Assembly: GCA_054600435.1 (NCBI GenBank) | Contig: BAAIJX010000020.1 | Span: 248,001 to 312,000 of the forward strand | Origin: Neophaeotheca triangularis | Lineage: Eukaryota | DNA: 64,000 bases | Direction of reading: 5' to 3' | In this document: positions 44,432 to 55,163 of the stretch, piece by piece | Position numbering within the stretch: the first letter of the stretch is position 1 | Layout: every line of letters begins with the position of its first letter | Position numbers and translations under genes: made by a program | Notes under the pieces: model-generated | Databases searched by the model: none | Seen by the model: the letters and a program-made list of their open reading frames with translations, nothing else | What the model was told of the DNA's origin: nothing

Positions 44432-45274
44432 GATCTGCCAGACAGCACTCGGTAACCTTGTCTCCTTCTAGAATCTTGGAATCATCGAGCGTGCGCGTTG
44501 CAGCAGTCGGTAGTGGGGCGAGTACTGCGCGGGTAAGGGGAGCAGGTGGTCGTGCTGGCGGTGACCTAAGGGGGAGCTCCGGAAACGGCACGAGAGTGGA
44601 AAGGAGAGTATTAGGTTGTGCAAGGACGAAGCTTGCCAGGACGGACGACGAGCGGAAGTGAAGACAAGCTGAGGTTGCCGGCGTGTCGGGTGTTTCTCTT
44701 GCGGCCGCTGGGAGGTGTCCAGGTATGTTTCGTGAAGGCCGACGGCAAGCTTCCATTCCACTCACGGAAGCGCTAACGTCTGGTTCACTGGGTTGCCGAG
44801 CACGTGCACAAAGTTTCCTACCACCTCCGGGCTGCAGCTACAGGAATCGCGACATGTGAGCAGGGTAAGGGTTTGGTTTGGTTTATGGTAACCGACTAAC
44901 CTCACCTTGAGCATTGCTATGTCCTTTTACCCGAACATGAATACAAAATATCTCCAAGACCTGACGTCGAGGTAACATCGGTGATGACCTCGGGAATGCT
45001 TGAATGTCAATGCAAGTTTGATAATGGTCTCCAGGCCTTTGCTAGACCAGTATAAGTACAACGCGTCCATCCCGCAAAAACTGACCGAAGTATGTATCGA
45101 TCGTGAAGAAGCCTTGTGGCCATCACGGCCAGTACAAGACACCTTAATGTCAAGCCGAGCACACCAGCGCTGCATCGCCCTCATTCCCGGAAACTCATGA
45201 CCATAACCCTCAAAACCTCTCAGGTCAACCATCTCCGCCATCAACCCGCGTCGACGAAGCCCTCATATTCACCC

Positions 45275-46132
45275 TCAGAAACCCAACGCGCCAGATAACT
45301 CGCCGTACTCCTCCTCAAACTCCGGCGCCTCTTCCCTCACCTCCAAATTCTCAGCCTTAATCCTCTTCCCCCCCACTCCATCAGCACCATCCACCCCTCC
45401 ATTCTCAACCCCATCACCTGCCTCCTCATCCCCACTGTCCACCTCAGCATGACTCCTCTTACCCCCCTTGATCTCCCTAGCAGGCGTCTTCTTCACGCCA
45501 GCAAGCGGCGAGTCCAAACCCCCGGCCTCCTCATCATCGCCCTCGTCGTCATCAGAAACATCGTCGGAAGCCTTGTTCTTGCCGGTCTTCTTGGCTGGAG
45601 TGATATTCTTCTTCCCCGCGGAGGGCCTGGAAGCTGAAGCAGTCGCGGTGTTTTTGACAGGAGTGCCGCCGTTGCCGCGGATTTTCGCTAGGCGGTGGGT
45701 GATGGCTTTCGGGGTACAGTCTGCATGTGTCATTTAGTAAGTATGACAGTTCTGTCGGGTTACTTTTGGGGTTTCGGGGAATTGTGACAATAGCCTCGTG
45801 GCGCTTGAGTTCCAAGGGCGCCGCAGCGGGTACTGGAAGGTAGACGTAGGGATGAACAAGAAAGACTTACCGGGTCCAATTACCGTGGCAAGTTCCTGGA
45901 GTTGCGCGCCCGTAGGCTTGACGTTGCAGATTCTGAAGATGGCCGCGAAGAGCTAGGATTGGTGATATTAGCTTTGGCTTTGATTCTGGTTGACATCCTT
46001 CATTCATGAAAGATAAGGCAAGGTAGGGTTGACGGCAAAGGAGGGGATCGTGAGTGTAAACGAGGGGGGGTGAAGAGTCAAACGTACCTTGGCCTCGGTG
46101 GGGGCGTCCCAGGTAATACCCTTCTTAGGCAT
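45275..46132 (-). CDS. Small fungal hypothetical protein with a Myb/SANT-like N-terminus and K/D/E-rich tail; exons 46088-46132, about 45871-45952, 45275-45720
   Basis: Spliced MPKKGITWDAPTEAK|LFAAIFRICNVKPTGAQLQELATVIGP|DCTPKAITHRLAKIRG; canonical introns. Confidence 0.7.
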
Positions 46133-46659
46133 GGTGAATAGATGGAGGGATGGATGTGTGTGCTGGATGCTGGTAATGGTCGATATTGAATGAATGGTTG
46201 AGGTTGGATGCTGGATACTGAATAGCTCAAGGTAGAGAATTGGTATTACTAAGGGAAGATTGGTAGAAGTTGGGTAGATCTTGGTTTTGGAAGGGAAGAT
46301 CTTGCTACAAGGAGAGGGAGAGAAAGTCTAACTCGAGGGGAGAGCGGGAGTTTTGTGGGCAGCGGGAGGACAGTCGAGGGAGGGAAGGCGTGGCGTAGGG
46401 GCGCGTTATGGGCCTGGGCCTTTGCTGGTGCAAAATGAGAAGTGAGTAGGGTTTGGCGTAGCACTACTAACAAACCGAGTTCACTTCGAAAGTACACCCA
46501 GGAAGCAACTTCTGCCTGAGGCCAAGAACCACACAGGACCGCAGAGTGGCCACATCAACACTGTTTGCTCGGGCGAAAAGAATGGTTCTCAATAATCATT
46601 ATACGTAGTCATATACCCCTACCACAACAGGCAAGCTCCCACTACCAAAACGAGCGTTC

Positions 46660-48699
46660 TCACGAGACATATCTATTCCCCTTCGCCTGCAACCTCGCCC
46701 TAGCAGCCTCCAAGCGATCATTACTGACCTGCCTCCCATCTCTGGCCGTAGCGCTTGCAATCTTGAGACCAGTCGCCGGCCGCAACTGAGCCCCGTCACC
46801 GTGCAAAGTCTTATGCTGACCGTCCGCTTGCTCCATCGTAGCAGTGGCAACGGCAGCGGCACGGGTAGGCGAGACGTTCTCTTTAGCGGCTGATGTTGGG
46901 ACGCTCTGGTGGACCGGAGGTCTCGGCGGCGTTTTCTCGTCCGTTTTGCGCAAAGATCGGAACCTTTCTGAGAGAGGCTTGGATTCGACATGAGGTTCAA
47001 AGGGGCTGGAAGGCAGCATTTGTCCGCCGGACTGGTGCGAGTCTTGATCCGGTTTTCGCTTTCCAGCAGCCGGTGCGGGGCTGAAAGGCGGTTCTGGAGA
47101 AGGCAAAGGCAGATCGAGCGACACGTCGAAAGAGTCTTTGCGTTTGTCTTGGACTGTTGGACGGGTTTCCGTGGGAGATAGTAATAAAGCTGCTTGGCCT
47201 TCGCGCTCTGGTCGCCGTGGTCGCTGAGCCTCTTCTGCTTTCTTATCTGCTGAGAGGCTGTTGATGCTCAGATTCTTGAGGGGTGTAGCGCCGGTGCCAC
47301 ACGTTACTGAACGTGGAAATCTTGGCCGCTCTGGAGAAGATTCGGTTGCTTTCACTGCAGCTGGACTAGAGGAAGCGAATGATTGCGCCCAGATATCGAC
47401 CTCAGCTTTCAGAGCTTGATCTACAGTCTTTTCTGGCCTCGTTCTTGATCGCCCGTACTGGCGGGTGCTATCAGCCCCAGATTGAGCTCCCTCTTCTTCT
47501 TTGGGCTTGGCAGCATGATCGTGACTTTTTGCTCGTTCGTGGCGCGAGATGTGAGGCCGCTGTGAAAGTCTTAACGGGGACTCGCTCTTCTTGGTTGGGC
47601 TGTTCGATCGGTCTTCCCATACTGGAGCGCGGACGGGCGGCTCGGCAGACTTGTCCCTACCATTGCCCTTGCTCAGTGGTCGGTCTTGTCGTTGAGCGCT
47701 GTCTGGTCGCTGAGCAGTCTTTGCAGCGCGTTCATTTGCCTCGTTTCGTTCGGTCTCAGCGATCCGCAGCTTCTCCTTGAACTCCTTCAGCTGACCCTCA
47801 AGCTCCTGCGACCTCTTCTCGAGCCGGTCTGCTCGTCGCCTCTCTTGCCGCAGCTGATCCATGAGATCCGTGCATTGCGCGTCTTTCTCCTTTGCAAATC
47901 CTTTGGCAGCCTTTTGTTTTGCAACGAGCTTCTTCACCTCACGCTGTGTATTCTCCCTGTAGAGGTCGTATTCCTTCTTCCAGTATTTACCAGCTTGCGA
48001 ATGTGGCTCGGTCAAGTCTGTCGTCAGGTCGTTGGCTTCCTCTGCCTCAGAGGATGGTTTCTCAAATTTTCCTCTTCGCTTCGTAGACTCGTCGCGCGCC
48101 TGCTCCAGTGCTTCCGTGAGCTTGCTCCTCCCCCTGCTGGCGCTGGCACCTCCTGTGGAGTCCAATGAGAGCTCTGTCGGTTGCACCCACGGACTCGGAA
48201 ATTTGCCGGGGTAATCATCGGGCAGTCCACTCTTGCTGTCCTTTTTCTGCTCGTTGTCCTTGACCTGCTCGCCGAACGACACCGTCTTCCTCCGAGCAGC
48301 CGCCGTCCCGGGCGTCATCAGAATGCCTTTGGTAGGCGACGGCATGGGCTCTCGTTCGACGGGTACCGAATCATGCTTGCCTTGGTCCCCGGAGCTTCTG
48401 GGTCGATCATTCATCGTTCGTCCCATCCGTTCGTCGGCAATCTTAGGTCGTTCTTTCTCGGTGTTGGAACGCGCTCGAGGTTTCGGTCTCGCGGTCTGCG
48501 GTGTGCCAAAGATTGCGTGTTTGAATGCGCGTACAGCGAATGTTGGTGCAGGGGTCTCTGGGGCATCCAGGTCCATTGGCGCGGTCGAATCGACATCTAC
48601 ACAGAATTAGTAGTTGGCCTATCAACAAAGCCCCGTGAGCTGTTATGCACTACCAGATATGGCTTCATTTGGCCGCGAGCCGGCAATCCAATTGAGCAT
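46660..48699 (-). CDS. cut12: Spindle pole body-associated protein, Cut12 domain; short first exon MLNWIAGSRPNEAIS
   Basis: PETPAPTFAVRAFKHAIFGTP, SPTKGILMTPGT..RRKTVSF, LPDDYPGKFPSPW, DLTEPHSQAGKYWKKEY followed by coiled coil. Confidence 0.85.
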
Positions 48700-49158
48700 C
48701 TTTGCGGTCGCCTTGTTGATGAGATAGCTTATGAAGCCTCTACAACTTATGCGCTGGCGCTAGGTATGCTTTGCGCCCAAAGAAGAAGGCATGTTGACGT
48801 GTTGTTCAGTGTTTGGCTGCATGTTTACTCTCGTCGATCGGGTTGCAATCGGCTCAAGATAAGATCCGCGCGCTAGTGTACTTTGAGCAAAGCGCGATTG
48901 ACGCGGTCCACCCTTGACACGTGACAGCCTGTCAGTCAAGTCACCGCCATCCCTCGAGTCTGCCTCACTTTAACTCTCTTCTTTTCCTTCCAACTTCACT
49001 TCACTTCAATCCTCACTTCGCTTCACTTCACAACCCCCTCATCTATCTAGGCAGCGCTTATAATGACATCACACGCGTAATGGGCTGCAGCTTCGGCTGT
49101 AAGTCCATTAAGTCGTCCACACACGACGGCCTTGAGCCTTTAATCGCCAACATACACA

Positions 49159-52100
49159 ATGGCTCCGAAATCGCCGTGGAACAAGAAAGGAAATGCGAAG
49201 CCCAATGATCCGCAGAGCCCTGGTGCCGAGCCAGTGCTACCCCCAATCAATTATGCCGAAGTTCAAAGCGAGGAGGCCGAGGTCCTCAAGGCCATTTATA
49301 TGGAGGACTATCAAGAAGTAGAAGTAAAGGGCGCCTGGAGCAAGACGACTGATCGAAGCTTCAAACTAACACTCCGATCGATCTCTGATCCAGACAACCA
49401 TGTGTTGCTCTCTGTCAGATTGACGGCTACTTATCCAAAGTCGCCACCTTTGCTGGAGGTATCAGGCCTCGAAGGCTACCATGAGCGGACGCAGAAAAGG
49501 ATTCGTAATATCATAAAGAGTCGACCGACGCAGATGCTCAAGCACAACGACGTGATGATCCATGACATTGCCACTGAGATCCAGGATGCTCTGGAGGACG
49601 CCGTCCAAGCTCGTCAGATGGGAACGTTGCCAAGTCTCGAAGACGAACGTGCCAACGCTGAAGAAGCAGCGATCAGCCTAGCCAAAGAAGCAGAGGAAGC
49701 AGAGCTTCGTCGTCAACGTGAAGTACAGGACGAAGAGGCACGCGTGCTCCAAGAAATGGTTCATCAAGAGGTCACCAGACGAGATAAGCGTAAATCGACC
49801 CGTACCGAGAGCGAGGCCGGTCCGCCCACAGCGGTCACGAACGATGAAGATGTAACCTTTGACCAAACCTGTACGCTCCAAACCGATACGGATATTTTGC
49901 ATTTCACTACTGTTTCCATCGTTGGACAAGAAGGCAAGGCCCTACTTGGGAAACCAAAGTCCACTCAGTCAGCCAGAGCTCCATTAGTAGCTCTCAAGAA
50001 AGTGGTGTTGCGCGACGACAAGGCCGCGATGTTGGAGCTCGAAACCATGCTTGAAAGAGTCAGGGCTATCCGCCACCCAAACGTTCTCTCTTTGCAGGCG
50101 TATCGTATTGATAGGCCCGGCGGTGCCCCTCGCCTCACGGTATGTACAGAGCATGCCAATCGTGGCTCTTTGGCCGATCTTTTTGAACTTGGGCCTCTCC
50201 ATCTGTCAAAAGGGCGGCAATTTGTCATTGGACTTCTCGAGGGACTGGACTTCTGTCACCGCAACGGTATCCCCTGTGGAGTGCTTGATGCGGAACACGT
50301 AATGATCTCAGGTTCTCCTGCCTTGGTGCCCAAGCTTGCTTCTGTCGGATACGACCATCTACTGCACGTCCAAGTTCAGACACCAGACGGCTGGCTTGCT
50401 CCAGAAGAAGCCACCTGCTCTATCGCTGCGTTGAAGAAAGTAGATGTTTGGCAGCTGGGTACCGTAGCCTCGCAGATACTTCTTGACCCCTCCATTTTGC
50501 ATAAGTATACCTCACCTCTGGCAATGCTGGATCGTCTCGAACTTTCGGATTCCTGCAACGATCTCTTACAGAAGATGTTTACCAAGGATACCCGACGAAG
50601 GCCTTCACCTTTCGACTTGTTGCCGTCGCAGTTCCTCAGGACAGACGGGCCTGTCTACCAAGAGACATTGCACGCCCCGAGCGAAGATCGCGTGGCTTCT
50701 GGTTCTGGGTTTGGAAGCCCACTGAAACGTCGATCTCGCCACAATTCTTCCATCGCCATGGAGCCCCTGTCAAGGTATGCTCAAGATTTCACAGAGATCA
50801 ATCGTCTTGGCAAAGGTGGGTTTGGTGAGGTCGTAAAGGTTAGAAACAAGCTCGATGGCGGCGTTTACGCGGTGAAAAAAGTCAAGCAACTCGACGCGCA
50901 ACTGGATCAAGTTTTGTCGGAAGTCATGCTTCTCAACAGGTTAAACCATCCCTACGTGGTGAGATACTTTTCGACATGGGTTGAGCAGGAAACCTCTGGC
51001 CCAGTTTTTGAGGATGGCAGCTCGGTCACAGAGACGACCGAGCCCACAGCGTCGGAAGACCCTGGGATTGAGTTCGAATCCGAAAGTGGTGGAGCTTTGG
51101 ACTTTGTAAGCTCTAACGGATACCCCAAGATTGGATTGGACGGCGAAAGTGAGGACGAAGTGGTAGATGAGGATGATCTGTTCGACCGGGACGAGGAGAA
51201 TTTAGACGAGGAAAGCGAAGCCGCAGTCGAATCCGCAGACACCTCGCAAGCTGCTGGAGTGGCTCGCACAAGACGACAACGCTCCGATTCAAAGAAGATG
51301 CGCTCCACCTTGTACATTCAAATGGAGTTCTGCGAAAGGCGTACCCTCCGCGATCTTGTCCGAAAAGGGCTCGGCGAAGACGATGCCTGGCGTTTTGCGC
51401 GACAGATCACCGAAGGCTTGGCACATGTTCACAGCCACGGCATCATTCATCGCGACCTCAAACCAGACAACATATTCATTGATGTTGCTGGCAACCCGAA
51501 GATTGGTGACTTTGGTCTCGCGACTACCAGCCAGTACCACCCCGTCGACAGGGTCACTCCGAGTGGTAACACCAACGGAGACATGACCCGCAGCGTGGGG
51601 ACGACTCTCTACGTAGCGCCGGAATTGCGCTCCGACTCAGGATCTTCGTACAACGACAAAGTCGACATGTACTCGTTGGGAATCATGTTCTACGAAATGT
51701 GCGAACCCTTCGGCACGGCTATGGAACGCATCAGATCTCTCCAAGCCGTCCGGGAGAGGAAACATGAACTTCCTGAGCCTTACCGACCAGGCGGTGACAA
51801 GGCCGCGCAGGGTGTTCTGGTCGAATGTCTGGTCTCACACAAGTCTAGCGAAAGGCCGAGCAGCCACGAACTGCTCAGAAGCGACAAGCTTCCCGTGAAG
51901 ATCGAAGACGAAACCATTCGACAAGCTCTTAGTGGCTTGGCCGACAGCCGGTCTCCTTACCACCAGAAGATGATGTCGGCACTCTTTTCCTCGGAAACGA
52001 ATCGCGTCAAGGCGTATGCTTGGGATGCCAAAGGTACTGCTTCAGGAGACACAGCTGCCCGATCACGTCTGAGATCCACGCTCCGAACGAACTTGGAGAC

Positions 52101-53940
52101 AGTCTTTCGGAGGCACGGCGCTGAGGAAGGGCAAAGGCTAGGTCTGTTTCCTAAGTCAGAGTACTATGACAAACAGAATGTCGTCCAGTTGCTTGATGCG
52201 TCTGGTAACGTACTGCAACTACCATACGACCTCACCCTTCCGCACGCAAGGCAGCTCTCCCGACAACCACTCACGGTCCGTCGTTCCTATGCCTTTGGCA
52301 GCGTCTATCGTGACCCCGCCACAGGCGGCCCACCACGCGTCAACGAAGAAGCAGACTTTGACATTGCCTCAAACACCGGCCAAGATCTAGCATTAGATGA
52401 TGCTGAAGCCTTGAAGGTCATGGACGAAATTTCCGAGGAAGTTCCTGCGCTCCAGCAGCGGCCGTTTTGCTTTCATCTCAACCATTCGCTCCTTCTGGAC
52501 GCTGTGCTCGAGTATTGCAGAGTACCACAATCGCAGTTCACAGTTGTCAAGGAAGTACTTGGTCGGATTGGGATCGGACAGTGGACGTGGACAAAGGTAC
52601 GAGCTGAGCTTCGCTCGTCGACTATCGCGCTTCCAGCCACCACACTGGACGACCTCGCGGCTTTTGAGTTCCGCGAAATCCCGAAGAAAGCATTCTCACG
52701 CGTCAAGACGCTGCTCGAGAGTGCCAATCCCCGTGTAGCTGCAAAAGCGGAAGCCGGCATCCTTCATCTTAACAGGGTCCTGGAGCACGCTTCGCAGCTG
52801 TCAGTATACCGATCAACGTACGTGATGCCGCTTTGCAGCTTCAATGGTCACTTCTACAAAGGCGGCATCCTCTTCCAGTGCCTCCACGAAAAGAAAGCAA
52901 GCCGCGACATCTTCGCGGCTGGAGGTCGCTACGATAGCTTGATCGAGTCGCAACAACCCATGGGCACCACTGCTACAGTACCAAAAGCCGTCGGCATCTC
53001 AATCGCCCTCGATCGCCTCGTTCTATTTGCATCCAAAGAAAGCAAGCCCAGCTCTAAATCCCGCTTTCTCAAAGATGCCAACCACCAAGAGACCCCACAA
53101 CCCAAACGCAGCGACGTCCTCATAGTCGCCTCCGGCAGCCCGGCCCTCCAAGCCACAGGAACCAAACTCCTCGCCGCCCTTTGGGCTTCCAACATCAGCG
53201 CCGAACTCACCACTCAACCCCCGGACCCCTCCACAAGCGCCGAACACTCCTTCCTCGCAACCCTCAAACACGAAGCGAGCCAAACCCTGCGCTTCACCAA
53301 AACAACCCCGGACACCCCGGGCCCCTCCTCCTCAGACGTAACCCCGACCCTCTCCAACCCCACCGCAACCCAAACCGACCGAGACATCCCCCTCACCTCC
53401 CTAATCCCACACATCCAAACCGAGCTCCGCGAAAACTCGGGCGGAAAACCGCGCCACAACCCACCCCTCCCAGCCTCCCTGCTCCGCCAGTCCTCGCACC
53501 ACAACAACGCCAACAACGCCAACCCCAACTCCCCCAACCCCTCGGACCCGGCGTCCTCCAACCCAGCGGCCTCAGCTTCCCGCATCCAAGTCCTCCTCTC
53601 CCACCACCGCAGCAAGAAAAGCAACAAGTACGCCATCGTGGACAGCGCCTCGCACTCTTGGAATGCCAAACTCGAGGCCTGGAAGACCGAAGCGCCGATT
53701 TTGGCGGTCGAGACGCGCGACGATGTTCTTGAGTTTGTCAGGGCTGCGAGGCTTAGTGAGGCGGAGAGTTGGCGGAAAGCGGTGCAAGGGGTGCAGTTGA
53801 GTGAGCGCCAGTATGTGCAGCAGGTGCAGGGGGTTTTGGCTGAGTGGAGGAAGCGTTGGTCGGATGGGGAGGGGGGGAGGGTGGCTTGTGTTTTCAATTT
53901 TAGGACTGGGGGGTGTGTTTATTATGATTTGGGTTTGTGA
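49159..53940 (+). CDS. GCN2: eIF2-alpha kinase GCN2 (RWD, pseudokinase, kinase, HisRS-like, C-terminal domains), intronless
   Basis: RWD (YPKSPP); LGKGGFGEVVKVRNKLDG; LYIQMEFCE; HRDLKPDNIF; KIGDFGLAT; LQLPYDLTLP; AAGGRYDSLI. Confidence 0.97.
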   Translation: MAPKSPWNKKGNAKPNDPQSPGAEPVLPPINYAEVQSEEAEVLKAIYMEDYQEVEVKGAWSKTTDRSFKLTLRSISDPDNHVLLSVRLTATYPKSPPLLEVSGLEGYHERTQKRIRNIIKSRPTQMLKHNDVMIHDIATEIQDALEDAVQARQMGTLPSLEDERANAEEAAISLAKEAEEAELRRQREVQDEEARVLQEMVHQEVTRRDKRKSTRTESEAGPPTAVTNDEDVTFDQTCTLQTDTDILHFTTVSIVGQEGKALLGKPKSTQSARAPLVALKKVVLRDDKAAMLELETMLERVRAIRHPNVLSLQAYRIDRPGGAPRLTVCTEHANRGSLADLFELGPLHLSKGRQFVIGLLEGLDFCHRNGIPCGVLDAEHVMISGSPALVPKLASVGYDHLLHVQVQTPDGWLAPEEATCSIAALKKVDVWQLGTVASQILLDPSILHKYTSPLAMLDRLELSDSCNDLLQKMFTKDTRRRPSPFDLLPSQFLRTDGPVYQETLHAPSEDRVASGSGFGSPLKRRSRHNSSIAMEPLSRYAQDFTEINRLGKGGFGEVVKVRNKLDGGVYAVKKVKQLDAQLDQVLSEVMLLNRLNHPYVVRYFSTWVEQETSGPVFEDGSSVTETTEPTASEDPGIEFESESGGALDFVSSNGYPKIGLDGESEDEVVDEDDLFDRDEENLDEESEAAVESADTSQAAGVARTRRQRSDSKKMRSTLYIQMEFCERRTLRDLVRKGLGEDDAWRFARQITEGLAHVHSHGIIHRDLKPDNIFIDVAGNPKIGDFGLATTSQYHPVDRVTPSGNTNGDMTRSVGTTLYVAPELRSDSGSSYNDKVDMYSLGIMFYEMCEPFGTAMERIRSLQAVRERKHELPEPYRPGGDKAAQGVLVECLVSHKSSERPSSHELLRSDKLPVKIEDETIRQALSGLADSRSPYHQKMMSALFSSETNRVKAYAWDAKGTASGDTAARSRLRSTLRTNLETVFRRHGAEEGQRLGLFPKSEYYDKQNVVQLLDASGNVLQLPYDLTLPHARQLSRQPLTVRRSYAFGSVYRDPATGGPPRVNEEADFDIASNTGQDLALDDAEALKVMDEISEEVPALQQRPFCFHLNHSLLLDAVLEYCRVPQSQFTVVKEVLGRIGIGQWTWTKVRAELRSSTIALPATTLDDLAAFEFREIPKKAFSRVKTLLESANPRVAAKAEAGILHLNRVLEHASQLSVYRSTYVMPLCSFNGHFYKGGILFQCLHEKKASRDIFAAGGRYDSLIESQQPMGTTATVPKAVGISIALDRLVLFASKESKPSSKSRFLKDANHQETPQPKRSDVLIVASGSPALQATGTKLLAALWASNISAELTTQPPDPSTSAEHSFLATLKHEASQTLRFTKTTPDTPGPSSSDVTPTLSNPTATQTDRDIPLTSLIPHIQTELRENSGGKPRHNPPLPASLLRQSSHHNNANNANPNSPNPSDPASSNPAASASRIQVLLSHHRSKKSNKYAIVDSASHSWNAKLEAWKTEAPILAVETRDDVLEFVRAARLSEAESWRKAVQGVQLSERQYVQQVQGVLAEWRKRWSDGEGGRVACVFNFRTGGCVYYDLGL

Positions 53941-54626
53941 GGAGGGAAGCATTTCGTGCGTTGAGAGGATTGGAGAGGGGAATGTGGTGCGAGACTAGGC
54001 CGGTTCTATGAGGAGGCTGTTTCTGGGAGTCTGGAAGATAACGAATGGCGAATGGGAGCTTCGCGGAGGTTTATGGGTAGGGACATCTTCCGTTTTGAGT
54101 GACCTTCGGGGTGATGGCAAGATAGGAAATGTTCAATGACCATGAAACGATACCAAAGACATTACAAAAGACATCACTATGCGAAAGTGAAATGAAAGAT
54201 GTTCAGCAGCAGATGGTTGTCTTGAATACAGGATACTACTGATGAAGAAAAAGTTTTTGCCCAGTCCACACGGTACATCAAAGACACACACTTCCAGCGG
54301 TAGAAAATGCAGTCGGTGTTAGATCGCCATCGGACTGCCGTAGCAAACAAGATTTCCTCGTTCCGTCGATCTGAAATGCGAAACGCCCTCCCACTCGTGA
54401 TTGCCAGACCAGGCCTCGTGTTTCGATTTTGTCGCACCGAGGGTCAGAAACTTCCGGAAAGAAGCTCCGCGCTGTCGGGTTTCGTGCCATCCTTCAGCGT
54501 TCGGTGGTTCGGTGGTCGCGTGACAATTTTTGCTCGTGTAGTTTACTTGGTAGCGACGCTCATGGTTGTAGCGCGCTAGTTGGTTGAAAGCGGGTGGTCG
54601 TTGCGATCGAGGTTGGGGCGAGTCGC

Positions 54627-54760
54627 TTATTTGCTGCGGCGGGTGTTAGTACTTGCGATGCGGATGTAGTTAATGTTGATGCTGCTTACCTTCTCGCTCT
54701 CGTCTTTCTTCTCTTACGCTTTAGTCTGCGGACCCTCTTCTTTCTCCATTTCGCTCTCAT
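54627..54760 (-). CDS. RPL41: 60S ribosomal protein L41 (eL41), exons 54690-54760 and 54627-54633; 5'-UTR intron 54775-54852
   Basis: Spliced product MRAKWRKKRVRRLKRKRRKTRARSK* (25 aa); gtaagc...ctaac...cag intron. Not in the ORF track. Confidence 0.97.
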
Positions 54761-55163
54761 CTTGGGCTAGATGTCTGCGGCAGAAGAGTCAGTAATACGT
54801 TCGCTGGTTGCTGTTATGACGGTAGTGTTGCCATTGGGAAGCAGTTACATACCTGGTGCGCCGAAAGATGAGGTTGCTGGTGTAGAAGAGAGGGGAAGTT
54901 CGCAAAGCTGAAGTTGGAACATTTAGGTCACTGTGGGAAGCTGGTGCGTGCGGGCACAGCTTAGCGGCTTGGCGGTAAAAAAGAGCGTCATGTCATGTGA
55001 TGCAGACCTTAGGTAAGCCGGAGTTGCTGCCTGCCATTGGGGTGGATGCCTGGATGCCTTAGGTTTTCAAACTATTTGACTTGGACGACATCAACGCCCC
55101 TTGTCTCCTCTGCCAACAACTCTACTGACCTACGTGTGATTATGTGAGAAGGAAGCCAGCATC

